Positions 1-13,580 are shown, counted from the stretch's first letter. The stretch: 64,000 nucleotides of DNA from Camelus dromedarius (GCF_036321535.1 NC_087437.1:5146001-5210000); one strand, 5' to 3'. Translations and numbers: made by a program. Notes: generated from the sequence alone by a model not told the origin.

Positions 1-1140
1 AGCTGCACCCTTCCTCCTGTTGTTTCTTTCCCAAGACTCCAGAACTCTGTGTCATGACTGAAAGAAGGCAACGTGATTCATTTCTGATCCATGAAAACAA
101 GCATCTCATTCCACTCCGTTGGTCGTCTTCTTGGAATCTTCCACACATACCTCCTTGCTGGAAAACAAAAATGCGAAACGTGTATCCATTTCTGCTCCAG
201 ACTGAAATCCACAGGAATTTGTATGAGTCCTGAGCTCTCCCCTCAGCCTCGTAAATCAGCAGAGAATTTAACAGAGATAGAACAAGAGATGAAAACTGGG
301 AGAATGCAAGAGGAAACAGTTAAAAGAACCACCAGGGGTGGGAGCAGCAGCACCAAGCTGCTCAGAACACACGTGGGGCTGGACTTAGGGTGACCACCTG
401 TCCCAATTAGCCTGGGACGGAGCGATTCTTGGGCTCTCGGACTTTTCAGTTTTCCAATCTGGAAGTTCCCAGGAATCCCATCACCCTAACGGGAATCCTC
501 TTCCTTAACCAGAGGCTCCCGCCAAAGCTCTGCCGGGAAGAGAGCAAAGCCAGAGGGACTGTGGGCACTTCGGCTCCGAGGTTCTGGGGACTACGGGATG
601 TCGGGGATAAGGAGGTGGCAGTGATGACGGGGAACATTACATTCAATGGCTCAAAAGTACACCCTGAGGCAGAACTCCACTCTGGAAGGAAGGGATCGCT
701 TAATCCCTTTACATATAAAGTGAACAAGCTCATCTGAGCTTTTAAGTTCCTTGCCAGGCAGCCTTCAGAAAGAATCCTTGGGGTTTGGGATGGTCTGGCC
801 TCTAGCCCAGTCCCAGGGCTCCACTTCCTTTCACCCTACAGGTGCTGGGTCCATCTCCAGTGGGAGGGCAGTCATTATCCATACTTTCTTTTTGTCCTTA
901 CTGGCCTTCTGTACCCCTCACTGCTTCAACCCGAAGGAACCAAGTAGCAGTGCTGCCCAGCTCCAAAGTCACTGGTGGGGATGGTTACTATCACCACGGA
1001 CTCCCCCTTCAGTGGCTCCTCTCTTCAAGAAGGATAACATCCAGAGGTCAGAACTAAAGCGAAAAGGATGCCAAACAGAACGCCCACCTCAGGGGCATTG
1101 GCCTTCTAGTAGAATATAACTTTGACTTACTATTTACTCT

Positions 1141-1759
1141 TTTTTTTTAATTGAAGTATAATGAGTTTACAATGTTGCGTCAATCTCTTGTGTACAGCAT
1201 CATGTTTCAGTCATACATGAACACATATATATTCCTTTTCATATTCTTTTTCATTATAGGTCACTACAAGATATTGAATATAGTTCCCTGTGCTATACGG
1301 TATAAACTTGTTGTTTATCTATTTTATATATAGTAGTTAGTATCTGCAAATCTCATACTCCCAATTTATCCCTCCCCACTGCTTTCCCCATCTGGTTACC
1401 ATAAGTTTGTTTTCTATGTCTGTGAGTCTCTTTATGGTTTGTAAATAAATTCTTCTGTGTCATATTTTTAGATTCCACATATGAGTGATATCATATGGTA
1501 TTTTTTTTTCTCCTTCTGGCTTACTTCACGTAGAATGACAATCTTCAGATCCATTCGTGTTGCTGCAAATGGCATTATTTTATTCTTCTTTATGGCTGAG
1601 TAGTATTCCACTGCATATATATGCCACATATTCTTTATCCATTCATATGTTGATGGACATTTAGGCTGTATCCATGTCTTGGCTGTTGTAAATAGTGCTG
1701 CTATGAACATTGGGGTGCATGTATCTTTTTGAATTAGAGTTCCCTCTAGATATAAGCCC
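1141..1759 (-). mobile_element. 5'-truncated L1 (ORF2 C-terminus + 3'UTR), lineage-type
   Basis: The minus ORF 1468-1761 encodes L1 ORF2 end-like [42 protein letters not shown]-tail at left; TSD ACTATTTACT at 1129-1138 and 1760-1769. Confidence 0.9.
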
Positions 1760-1774
1760 ACTATTTACTTTTTG

Positions 1775-2030
1775 GGGGGTTTTTTGTTTGTTCTTTGTAT
1801 TTTTTAGGCAGTTTTTAACTGAAGTACAGTCAGTTACACTGTGTCACTCTCTGATGTACAGCACAATGTCCCAGTCATGCATGTACATACATATATTCAT
1901 TTTCATATTTTTTCTGTTAAAGATTATTACAAGATACTGAACATAGTTCCCTTTGCTATACAAAAGAAACTTTTTAAAATCTATTTTTATATATAGTGGC
2001 TAACATTTGTAAATCTCAAACTCCCAAATT
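1775..2030 (-). mobile_element. Short L1 3'UTR fragment, related family
   Basis: Similar to 1150-1370 (tgaagta..ttaca..tgtacagca...atagttccc..tgctata...aaatctca..ctcccaa). Confidence 0.8.
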
Positions 2031-2904
2031 TACTCTTGATTTAGTGTTTTCCAACTGTTTTATTAGCTCTGAATTAGTTGAAAACCACTAAGCTACAAAT
2101 GGCTTTTATACAGTAGTGGTGCAAAGGATGTCTTTCCCCTGTGGAGGTAAAAATGACTTCTGTTATAGAGAAGATAACACCAAAGATTGTAGCTTTAGTG
2201 CCCTGAAGAAAAATAACCAGTTGTGTATTTATCATAATGATCTCATTTCACATTTTTTTCTCTAACTAACCATATATCAGGTCCTCTTATACACCTGGTT
2301 CTCTCATTAATGAGTTAAAAATAAAACTTTGACATGTACTCATGATGCGTTGATAAGAGAAGTATGCCTTTTTAACAATTTCAACAGTATACTTTCTGCA
2401 GACCCCCCCCCCACCACACCACTGTTTCTGGTTCCCTTTGGACCCACACAAATGCACTTCTAACTCACGGGTCTTCTTCATCTTTCTGTCCTTCGAACAC
2501 TGAGGACACTGTGGGCCTCCCTCAGGACTGTGGTGAGTGCACTTTTGGGTAAAAATTCTTTAAAAAGTAATTACTCCATTGCAGAATTACAGATAATAGC
2601 AAAATATGGACACGAAGATGTCCAGCAATAGAAAATTATGGTCCATCAACATTAAATAGTATGCAGCTGCTAAGTGTCATCATTGTCAGGCCTGTCGCAG
2701 CCATGTGGAAATGCTCCAGCAAACGTGTGAGAAGACGGTGTTTAAAGTATGAAGTGGAAGGGAAGACAAATGGAGAAAATCTGTGAGGACAGACCGTTAG
2801 GAAGCTTTCGTGGTTTCTTCTCAAATTTTATTTAACAGGTTTTTTGTTCTTTCAATGAAAAAAATGTAAAAAAAAAAAAAAGATAGTTTAAAACTTTAAA
2901 GATA

Positions 2905-3425
2905 GAGAAGATGTGCTATACATATGCAGTGGAATACTACTCAGCCATAAAAAAGAATAAAATAATGCCATTTGTAGTGACATGGATAGACCTGGAGATC
3001 GTCATTCTAAGTGAAGTAAGCCAGAAGGAGAAAGAAAAATACCATATGAGATTGCTTATATGTGGAGTCTAAAAATATGACACAAAAGAATTTATTTACA
3101 AACCATAAAAAGACTCACAGACATAGAAAACAAACATATGGTTACCAGGGTGGGAAGGGGGAAAGGAGGGACAAATTGGGAGTTTGAGTTTGGCAGATAT
3201 AAACTACTACCTACAGGGTAGATAAACAAGGTCCTACTGTCTAGCACAGGGAACTATATTCAATGGCTTCTTATAACCTATAATGGAAAAGGATATGTGT
3301 GTGTGTATATATATACATACACATATATATATACATATATGTGTATATATATAACTGAATCACTCTGCTGTACACCAAAAACAAATATAACATTGTAAAT
3401 CAGCTGTACTTAAATTTTTTAAAAA
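2905..3425 (+). mobile_element. 5'-truncated L1 3' end
   Basis: Reverse complement of the 1141-1640 element (ggaatactactcagccataaaaaagaataaaataatgccatttg...). Internal (TA/CA)n and an A-rich tail. Confidence 0.9.
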
Positions 3426-4559
3426 GGAAAAAAATTAAGCAGAAAATTGGAAAAAAAAAAAAAAAAAACCAACCCCCAAGCAAGCAGAATAATATCACAT
3501 GACATTACTGATATAAAATACGCAGCTCCCACCAACATGGTTGTCATCTGAAACCGCCTCCTGAAATCTCCTACTACACTTAGCCCTTCACCTCCGGAAG
3601 CTTGGGAACTCCGAGGTCACCGGAACTCCGTCTGCTCCACGGCTGGGCGAGGATGGCGCGACCTGAGCACTGGACGGAGCTCGGTGGGGGAGGACTTCGG
3701 GGAGCTGCCAAAGGTCTCCGAGGACGCGCAGGACCACAGCTCTCAGACTCACGGATGGAGATGTTAGCAGCTCTGCTCACGGACCCCAGACAGGCTCCCA
3801 GGCCCCTTGAGGGCTGCCAGTTTCCAGCCTGCCCCAGCGACACGCACTCTGCCCGCCCACTCAAACCCGCCTGGGGCCGGAGCGGCTGAACACGCACCCC
3901 GTACAGCCCGCGCTCGGAGCCCGGCCCCGCACCCCTGCGCCCACCGTGCCTTCCCACCACGTGGGGCATCACACCTGGCCGTGGAGAGCCTTTCCGGATC
4001 CTGGACGAGGTGCCTAGCTGTCCTTCTGAGCACCGACCTTTCCCTCCCGCCCTCTGGGAGGAAATCACAAAAACAAAGCAGGAGCCAGCTTTGTTCCGAG
4101 GGGAGTGTCTTCACCGCGCTCCCACTTTGGGAAGCTCTTCGGCCAGAACACAGGCGGGGAAGCATGTGGAGGCTTCCCAGAGGTGCCTACACGGCGGACC
4201 CAGTGCCCTGCCCGCTGCAGCCTCACTGGCAGTTGCTTCTGCTTCTCTGGCAGCCGGTGTTTTCAAGCTGGTTCGTCTTCTGAGTGTATTTACAAACAGA
4301 CTTGACTGATGTTCCTCAAAAATTCCCTCCCTCTGAGTCCCCGAGTCAGTCGCTGTTCAGTGAGTCACAAAGTCATATTTTGCTGGCTATGTTGATACAG
4401 TCTTAGCTATTTTCAAGCACGGATACCAGGCATAATCTCCTGAAGGGCAGGGACGTAGCTGACATTTCTTTTTATTGTCTAGCAGTCACAGAATGCCCTG
4501 CAGAGAATAAATATCTCTTGGCAACCTGGAAACAACGCCGGTGTTCATTGATGGGAGGC

Positions 4560-5290
4560 CAGAGAAATAAATGATGGTCTTAGTGATAAAGAGGAATGAA
4601 GCACTGCCACACACAGCCACGTGGATGAACCTCAGAAACGGCAAAAGAGAAAGCAGGCAGACACAAAGGAGGATGTGCTGTGTGGTTGCGTCTGTATGAA
4701 GCCCCAGGGTGGCAGTGCTCATCTCCGGGGTGGAGGTCCGTTGTGGACTGAATGTTTGTGTCACCCCTCCCGCAGTCCCTGTGCTGAGCCCTCGCAGTGG
4801 CTGTATTTGGAGATGGGGCCTCTAAGGAAGTAATCAAGGTTAAATGAGGTCCTAAGAGAGGGGCCCTGATCCGACAAGATCAGCGCCCTTTTCAGAAGAG
4901 ACACCAGAGGGCTCACTCTCTATCTGCTGGTACAGAGGTGGGGTCGTGCGAGGACACGGTGAGAAGGCAGCTCTCTGAACTGACTGGAGTCTTCACCTTA
5001 GACTTCTAGCCTCCCAAACCACAGGGAAAATTTTTCTGTTGTTGAAGCCGCCCCGGCTATGGTATTTACCGTGGCTGCCCTAGCAGGCTAAGACAAGACC
5101 ACAGTAGCGGTTGCCTCTCGGGGAGGGGCATTAACTGGAAAAGGACACAAGGAACCTTCTAGGGGATGGAAACATCCTACATCTCAATAGGATGGTGGTC
5201 ACAGCGATATTTACATATGTATATGCAAGAAAGTCTTGCACTGGTCATGTCAGATGTATGTATTTTACTGAATGTAAATTATCATCCAAT
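4560..5290 (+). mobile_element. Old L1M 3'UTR fragment interrupted by an MLT1A-like MaLR LTR (about 4742-5095)
   Basis: L1M-type gtggatgaacctcagaaac...ggggatggaaacatcctacatctc...aaattatcatccaataaa. The insert runs TGTGGACTGAATGTTTGTGTC...gtatttggagatggggcctctaaggaagtaatcaaggttaaatgaggtc...ctaagaca, typical of MLT1A/B. Confidence 0.75.
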
Positions 5291-6171
5291 AAAGAACTGC
5301 AAAGTGGATCTGTTGGTGAGAAGGATTATCTGCACGGTGACTCATGCACTCCAACCGATCGACTTGCGGTGGAGGTTTGACGAGCACTTAACTGTGCAGA
5401 TTCTTGTACTAATCACAGGTTTAGCAAAAGCAGGATGGGATGGAGGGGGCGGGATGCAGCGTCCCTAGCTCTCAGGGAGTTTTTCAGCTCCAAAAGCAAT
5501 ATCTGGAGGTCCTCGAGTCACAGCCACTGAGCCAAATTGTACCCAGTGCTAGCGGCTCGTTCAGAGACTTTTGACACTCAGGAAGCCACGTGAACTCTGT
5601 CATGCTTTCATGGTTCCTTCGAGAACCAGCCAGCCCCAGATCTGCTCAGCTGCTGGCAAATCCAACCAGGAAAAACAAAAAGGAAACGGGAGAGCTGGCG
5701 CAGAGTCTCAATAAGATACGAAACAGTGCAGTTCTGACCTTAAAGATTCCCTCTACTCGAGCAAAAAAAGCTGAAAAATGTTCTCCGCCCACACGGCAGC
5801 AGCAGTGTGCGGCATTAATGGGGTTGTTAGCACCTTGGGCCAAAAAAGAGAAAGTCCTCCCCTGGTGGCTCCCCCCCCCCTTCTTTCCAAGGACTTCGGC
5901 AGTGCCAACGAGATGCAGTCAGACGCCACTGCAGAAGCATCGTCAGCAGGGGCGAAATCCACATGTTTCTCCCCAGGGAGAGTTGTGCCATTTCACAGGG
6001 TGTTACCAGGCTCTTTGCAATTAAAAAAACAAAAGTTGTTTGCATAAAATCGCTGACATTCTAGAAAAGGTAAACACCGGGCGTGCATGCCTCCTCTCTG
6101 CTCTCCTGGGTCCTTGGCAGATGTTCGTAGTTGATCACAGCTCTGTGAATCACTGAGTGCAGTTCTAGAAT

Positions 6172-6585
6172 CAGCGAGGTGCTGGAGCTGGCTGGCCAGG
6201 AAGGCCGCTTGTTAAATTTCAGAAATCTTGCTCGCTGGTTGTTAAATCCATTCACTATCAGAAATTGGCAGACATTTTTACTTGAATTACATTAAAAGGA
6301 AAGGTAACGGACACTCAAAATCCATCCCTTCCTAATTGTCTTACTGCATTTTACTATTATCCATGTGCCTGAGGTTACTTACAAATACGGTATGTGGAAA
6401 TGCTGGGTGATAGTAAGCCAGGGTTCTTCTCTTCCCAACTCTGGGTTGACAGAGTATTAATAGCTTGAAATCTGTCACCATGATAGCATGTACATCACAG
6501 AAACCAGCAAACTCTACAAGTCAAGGAATCCGCGCCACTCCCCTGGCAAGAGCCAGTTGTTTAACACCTACCAGCATACCATTCT
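6172..6585. mobile_element. MER63-like hAT DNA transposon
   Basis: gtgctggagctggct...ttgttaaatttcagaaatcttg...ggttgttaaa at one end and gagccagttgtttaacacctaccagcatacca at the other, as recalled for MER63. Confidence 0.6.
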
Positions 6586-7561
6586 CACAGGTCAAGATCA
6601 GGTGATGAGAGACCCCAGAGGAGGCAGCCTGTGCCCATCAAACTCCTGCTGCCTGTGAGGGAGAAAGTGTGTTGGTCACCGTGCCTTTCCTTTGGCTTGG
6701 AAAGATTAACTCTGAGCACTCATCAGAGGAAATCAAGCCTTAAAGAGATAGAGAGAGCCCCTAGATCCAGCCATGCCTGAAGGCTGCTACATTTTTTCAC
6801 TAATGTGAGACTTGCCCAAGGGCATTGTCTTCTCACTCTCACAAAGACACCAGGTGAACTCCCAGGTTGGCCCAGGAGGGGACAGGTCATCGTTTGCCCT
6901 GGAGTCTTCCATGAAGGTGCCGGAAGGAGTCAACCAAGGACCAGGGGCCAAAGTCAGTCCAGATCAGAAGCAAACATAGGGTATAGCAGCTGGAGAAGCT
7001 GGAGACCTGAGAGGGGTGCAGGCAGGGGTGTGAGGCCCCAGAGACAGCTAATTCGGGGGTTATTTCCTAGGCCGCCTGGCTTGGCTGCAAGAGGTAGCAG
7101 AGAGCAAGCCCGGGCTTCAGAGAACTCGTACACAGGAATTGTGATGGAGATTCTTGTTTCTCAATTTCAGGCCATGAAACACACAAAGGGGAGAAGTCTG
7201 CACAGCTGGGGCCACACGAGGTAAGTGCACCTGCCTGCGAGTCCGCCTGGCTCAGCGACTCCGAGACGCCGCTGCCTCTCACAGCTCTCATTTTTCCCTC
7301 TTGATTTATTTTTGACTTAAAATCCACCTCTGCTCTGAAATACTGGAGCCCGATCTTCTCCCAGTTACCTCTCCTCAAATGCAGATTTGGGGGCTGTACC
7401 CCTTGGAAGTTTGATGGAGAGGTTCTAGAACTAGGCCAGGTTGCGAGTCCCTCAGGCCACACTTCCCACTTCATTGTCAGTTGTTTCCGTAAGGGCACCC
7501 TAATGGCAAAGTCGGCGAAAGCCAATTTGTTGGAGAGGAAGGACGGTGGAGGGAGTGGCCT

Positions 7562-7725
7562 TCAGGCTGAGTGGCAGAATTTGCAGGGCCCAGCGCAAAA
7601 TGAAAATGCAGGGCTCCTGGGTCACAGATTACGAAGGATTCCAGGGGATGACAGCTGAACATGAAACCAAGCATAGACCCTTTTGAACAGGGGCCCCGTG
7701 TGAGCACCCACAAAATCAGCCCTGG
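7562..7725. mobile_element. MER45-like hAT-Tip100 element
   Basis: aatttgcagggcccagcgcaaaatgaaaatgcagggctcc signature. Confidence 0.6.
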
Positions 7726-10453
7726 TCACAGGGGATTCTGTGTAATCTCAGTATTTGCACCCCACGCGGCTGCCCACCTGACTTTCAAGGTCAAAGTCTC
7801 CAAGCAAAAAGCAGTAAGTCTTGAAGGCCCGTGTCTTGACTCTGGAGGAGAACCGTGGTCCTAGCGGGTCTGGGGAGGCTGCACTTGCTCCCTGGCTGGG
7901 CCCCTGCTGGAATCCAGAACAGACACAGAAATGTGTCAGGGAGATAGGAACAGAGGCGAGGTGGGGGGAGGACCCTGCATCTGGCAGCCCAGCCAGGAAG
8001 AAGCCACAGATAAACATCACAGAGGGTCCCCACCCCGCCGTGCCTCAGAACCAGCCCCCAGCACATCAGTCCTGACTCTTGTTGGCCGAGTCATTCCTTT
8101 CCATTCTGATCCTGTCTTGAGAAGAGACCAAACCACTGGGGGGACTAACTGGCACTCAAACAGTCCCAGTTTGCCTGGGACTTTCCGAGTTTTAACAATG
8201 AAAGTCCCGTGACCTGGTAAGCCCGGTGAATGGGATGGCTTTCCATAAAGCAAAGTCACAGCCAATGCCCACAGGCCGTATGCAAGGGCTCAGGTCACTC
8301 CCGTGGGCAGGTGTCCTCCCAGACTAATGGGCTGAGTTCCCACGATCTGCGGCAGCAGCTCAGTGGCCTCACTGTCTGCGGGTACATTTTCCCCTGCCAG
8401 GGTCTTCCATCACTCACAGTCAGACACAGCAAGGCCAGCATGCTAACTGTGGCTGCGGCCAGGGATTGGTAGCAGGCGCCTTTGATGTTTCCACCGGAAA
8501 TAACCCCACCCATGCTCTGGGCAGTGGTCTGCATCTCCAGGTACACATCAGAACCCCAGACCCACAGCTCTAGCGCCTAGAACGCCGGGCCCTTGATAGC
8601 CCCTTTGTCCAAAACAGGTTTTTCAGGAAAATCTCAGCTCTGCCCAGGGTCTCCTTCAGCTCACCTTTCTGCAGCTGTGGAACTGGTCTCCACTCAGACA
8701 TAAATCCTGGTTTCAGCAATTTTTTTTAAAACCAAAAAAGAATATCAGCCCTATATTATATTTCCTTGATTTTCAAAGTATTTGACACTGCCCATACTGA
8801 TCAGCTTAGATATTTTATCTCTAGGCACTGGCCATTTGAGATGAAAATCCTGAACTCCAGCTTTCATGGACAGTGACCAGGAGGATGTATTGATTGTCCA
8901 GCTAGAACATTCGTACTCTACAGATACCATACCATGAATCTGATGACTACTCGTGTTCCCTTCTTTCCATTGACTGCTAGGAAGTTCAGAGTGGCTCACT
9001 TTTGCAACTGCTTAGACTATGATATACACAGTGTGTTAACTTTACTTCCGGTTTCATCTTACTTCCTAAGCTTACCTTCCCTTTGACCCAGTGTCCTGGG
9101 CTATTTATCCTGGCCTATTAAATTGAATGTACACATGCTACCACAAATCCTTTCAAAAGAGGAGATTAATATATAAACAAATAAAAATGCAAATGGTAAT
9201 TGCTATCAGTAGGAAAAGGCAGAGCATCAAAAATATTGGAGACTCTATAAAGCAGATCATGCTGACTCTCATGCTGCAAGGCCCCTAGTCTCTGATGCAA
9301 AGCTCTCTCATCAGGATGCATGCTTCTGCGCCACACCCACCTCATACAAAAAAGTGCTAATGCCCAGATACCCACCCCAGGGAACTCCCTCCGGTCTTCC
9401 CCTGCAGCTGTCTTCTGGCCTCTCCACGCAGTCTCCACCAAGGAGCAGACACACACCTTCCACAGCACATTTATCCTCCCCAAACAAGGGCACAATTATC
9501 TTGACTGGTTTTCAAGCTCAACTCTTCGCTCAATGGGGGCAATTTCATCGCTGGGTTGGAGTGCCACCATCTAATTAATTTATTTACAGTGTTACTGAGG
9601 GGAGCTTTTGAAATCAATATGCAAGTGTGATTTAAAACTGACATCAGTATTTTGAGCCAAGGGCACGGGCCTTTTTAACAGGAACGCGGGTGGTCTTAAA
9701 CACCTGAAGTTAAGCTCTTTGTGGCCGATGGCTCGGTTCTCTGTGGGGTTATATTTGTAGAGGTAGGGAACTTGGTTATTCCAAGAACGCTTTTGCTCAG
9801 AAAGCAGTGAGGCTGTGTAGGATACTCAAGATTTCTTCCCGTCCCTGCAGCTGAAGGGGCTTAGGCACAATCTCCACTTTACCATGTATGCCCTGTTTCC
9901 ATCACAGAGCCTTCGTGCTGAAAAATCCCTGGGGAACATCTAATCCAGCCCTTTCCTTCTGTGAACAAATAGGGACTTGTCCAAGTTCACACAGAGCATA
10001 AGTTGCAGAGTTTGGACTTGGGGGCGAGGAGGGGCTCCAATCCCCATCACACCTGTGACCAACCTGGAATCAGATACATTAAATTCAATTCTAAGACTTC
10101 CTAAGACAAACTTTGAGAGGCTTCCTCCAATCTACTCAATACATTTACTCAGGGTGCACGTGTGATGACATTTAAGCGTTGCAGAATTGCTTGGGGGAAA
10201 TCAGTGCCCCAGAGCATCCGGATGTGCAGCCTCCTGATCACGTAACTGAACACGGGTCGAAAAGGAAGGTTCCCGCAGGTCACGGGGGCTCCCTGTGTGG
10301 GAATCCAGCCCTGCCTCCTCGCTATAGTAAGGGCTGCGTTTGCGCCTGCCCCACTCTTGCTTGTTAGCTAACCACTTTTGTCAAGAGTCATCTCCAGATT
10401 GGTACACTCTCTCTCTCTCTCTCAAGGATCATCTCATGTTTGCAAAAAGATTA

Positions 10454-10973
10454 CCTTACTGAATCCAAACTCGTTCTGCTCGCCGCATGACAGGCCAGTA
10501 CATCTGGAGACGAGGTGTTGGGGCAAGGAATAGAGACTTTATTCAGAAAGTCGGCAGACCAAGAAGAGGGGAGACTAGTGTCCTGGAGAACCATCTTCCC
10601 CAAGTCAGAATTCAGACTCCTTTTATACTAAAACTGGGTGGGGAGGTTGTCGTCATTACAAATTACTTGGTGTCAGAATCCTTTGTTCTTGCAGCAGTCC
10701 ACACGTGGGTCAGGTCATGATGTTCCTGCAAACCGCCAACAAGACAAATGTTATTCTCTGTTCTGCAACTTTTTATCTCTATATGAATGGGAAGTGTTAC
10801 ACCCATAAAGGCCAGAGCCTTGAGAACGGGCTCTCCTGTGTATTTCAGGCTCTAGGCAATGTTCTTTTACAGAAGGTGCACAACCAGCAGGACTGAGCCC
10901 AGGAAACACAGCACAGGGTTAAAGCCAAAGGAATAGATCTAATACAGAGTCAGATTTGTTCTTCCCTGCTACA
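10454..10973 (-). mobile_element. Solo ERV1-type LTR
   Basis: About 520 bp ending ...ccctgctaCA. TTTATT (minus-strand AATAAA) near 10538. Candidate 4-bp TSD ATTA at 10450-10453 and 10974-10977. Confidence 0.7.
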
Positions 10974-12449
10974 ATTACACAAGGTTTTCAAGAGACTCCT
11001 TTAGAGACAGTCCCAACCTTGCAAATTGCGACACAGTGCAAAGAACATCCAAGGAGTACGGTCCAGCCGCCACCTTGAGAACTGTTGTCCTGGTGGTCTC
11101 CTTACACCCAAACGTCCTCCAGTGTGCCACTCCTCGCCTGCCAGGTCTCGCACAGGGTTTAGGGAGAGCTGGGTGCTAAATTGATGGCATCTGGATCATA
11201 TCAGATCTTTAAATGTCAGGCTAAATGTGTTTTTCTAGTCTTTCCCTGAGGGCTAAGATTGGACTGCTCATAAACTCATCTCTCTCCCCGCGTGGATTTT
11301 ACACTGTAAACGTTCACAGCTCAGCTGTTTCCAGTGCCTTCCCATCTCAAATGGCAGATAAAAATGGAAGTGCTCAGGCCCAACTGAGCTGCCAAGAAGT
11401 CACGAGCTGTAGGCGTGTGACCCATTGTTTGGGTGTTTAAGACGATAGCAATGCTGGCTGGGGTTGACGCCACACAGCCACCCTGCTGCCTCTGGCTCTG
11501 ATCTAGCCTGCACAAGGGAGGTAGGAGCTTTCTAAAATGGTGATAAACAGTGAGGTCACAGCCCAGAACATCCCAGCCCTCCTGGACCCAGCCAAACAAA
11601 AACAAGCCATGTGGGTGAGTATGAGTCAAAGAGTCATGGCTGGGGGGACCAACCAGGCCAGGATTCACAAATGGGAGGTCCACTTAGGAGTAAGGGCTTA
11701 GAACTGAAGACTCTCAGCGCCAGTCCCAGATTGTCTTCTCTCCTGGGTTCTAATCTCTAGCACTTAATGAGCGCCTGGCACATAGCAGGTGGTCCATAAT
11801 CCCAGCTGCCTTCCATTCTGGGCTGTGATTCCAGAGCCCAGCACAGCACTTGGCATATAATAAGCGGTAAGTGTTGATTGACTGACTGCACTCATAAAAA
11901 ATAACTGGATGGACAGATGCATGGAAGGAAGGAAGAAGGAAGAAGGGAGGGAGGGAGGGAGTAAGAGAGGAAGGATGTTATTAAATCTCTGCCTAAAGCT
12001 AACAAGTCAAAACATAGGATTCCGTTCCTCACAAGGCAATCCCTTCGGCTGTTTGACACTTACTCTAAACGTTATAAATTCCTCCCATTGATTGAGCCAA
12101 AATCTGCCATGTTGTAACACGGCAGTTCTAGTTTTCTTGTCTCCGTCTTCCTGGCTCTACGTAGAGGGTCCTTCCCAAGAGGAAATCAGACCTTCCCTTT
12201 TGCTTTCTCTCTCTCCATTAGCATTGGGTACTAGCAAGAAACACCACTGGTTTTTAGCTGTAGAATCAGAAGAATCAAGGGTTTTAAGGAATCACCAAGT
12301 CTTTATTTCCTCTAAGAATTTGGTTCTGGTTTTCCCCAGGCATCTGTGGAATGATTTCTTTGAAAAGACCTAGGTCTGTCATCTTTGTTCCCCTATGCCA
12401 AAAGCAAGCCTCCCTAAGATGACGGCCACAGAGCACCGAGGCCCACGGA

Positions 12450-13580
12450 CACTCTGGTGACCTCACAGTGTGCCAGTTAGCTCGATTGGCCTACATTTCC
12501 CAGAATGCTCCTTCTTACGTGTGTTCAGTGAGATTGGTTATATTGTTTTCCCCAGTTCAGATATTTGAAAGGACTCCCCAGACTCCACAGAGTATGCTCA
12601 TGTCAAGACTTTTTTTTAAAGGCAAAGGCTCCAGTGCAGGGAGAAAGAGAAAGCAGGGGAACAGTGTGGTTCCAAGAGACTTTGTGCACCGAGGCCCAAC
12701 CTCTGTCCACACAGACCGCACTGAATCTCTGGATGGAGCTGCCAACATCTGTGCAAGGAACCCTGGCTTCAGGAGAACTCACTGGAAGGAGCCAGATGGC
12801 TCTTTAAGTTGCCAAGCCAGGCTTCTCAAACTGGTGAGGCCGTTGCAGACCACCAGGAAAGAAGATAACCCCAGGCTTGCCAGGAGAGTTTCAGGCCTCA
12901 GACAGCACATCACACATCTCACTGCCCTTACCTTCGTTGTAAGTCAAAAATCAGACATTGAGGCGTCCCCAGAAAGAAAGACAGAACTGCTCCATTATCT
13001 CCACCATGGGGCATGAGAGAGATCCTTGGGAAGTCTGGAGGGCAGAAGGGAAGCAGGAGACGCGATGGAGCTCACCCATGTTGCTCATCCTCGGACACAC
13101 CTCATTGGCACGAAGTGGTTACTGGACCTGTAATTGCTCTGCTTTCCCTGGATCCGACTTCAGCTCCTCTGCCTCTGCTTCTGGGCCAGGTGTCTGTGTG
13201 TAGCCCCACACCAAAGGGTCCCGACTTCGGAAGGATGTCCACTTCACCTGTGTCAGAAGCAGCAAGGATGGGGTGGATTTTAGTCCATCCTTGTGGGGTT
13301 CCAGCCCATACTGATGGGTTCCAGGTCGTTCTCAATCTCCCTGATTTTATATCTTTCTTTCCTTTGGAACTGCCTGTCCTGTGGACTTTAGGCGTCAGCA
13401 TCAGATATGAAGACAGCAGCCTTACAGAGACTGCTTAACCAGCTCCCATGATTATGTGAGGCCATATCTCTGCAACAAATAATATATATATATATTTATA
13501 TACATATATATATGTATATATAGTCGTTTGCATCCCATATCTATGTCTTTTAGTGGTTCTGCATCTCTGGCTGACTCCTG
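12450..13580 (+). mobile_element. MLT2-like (ERVL) LTR, apparently split by a second LTR-like insert (about 12543-13005)
   Basis: MLT2-type 3' end: tcccatgattatgtgaggccatatctctgcaacaaataa(TA)n...tagtggttctgcatctctgg. Boundaries approximate. Confidence 0.5.

Noticed and set aside
3580..4309. Cluster of overlapping 95-162 aa ORFs on both strands
   Set aside because: Pro/Ala/Arg/Gly-rich products are expected from GC-rich DNA; no homology or exon structure recognised.
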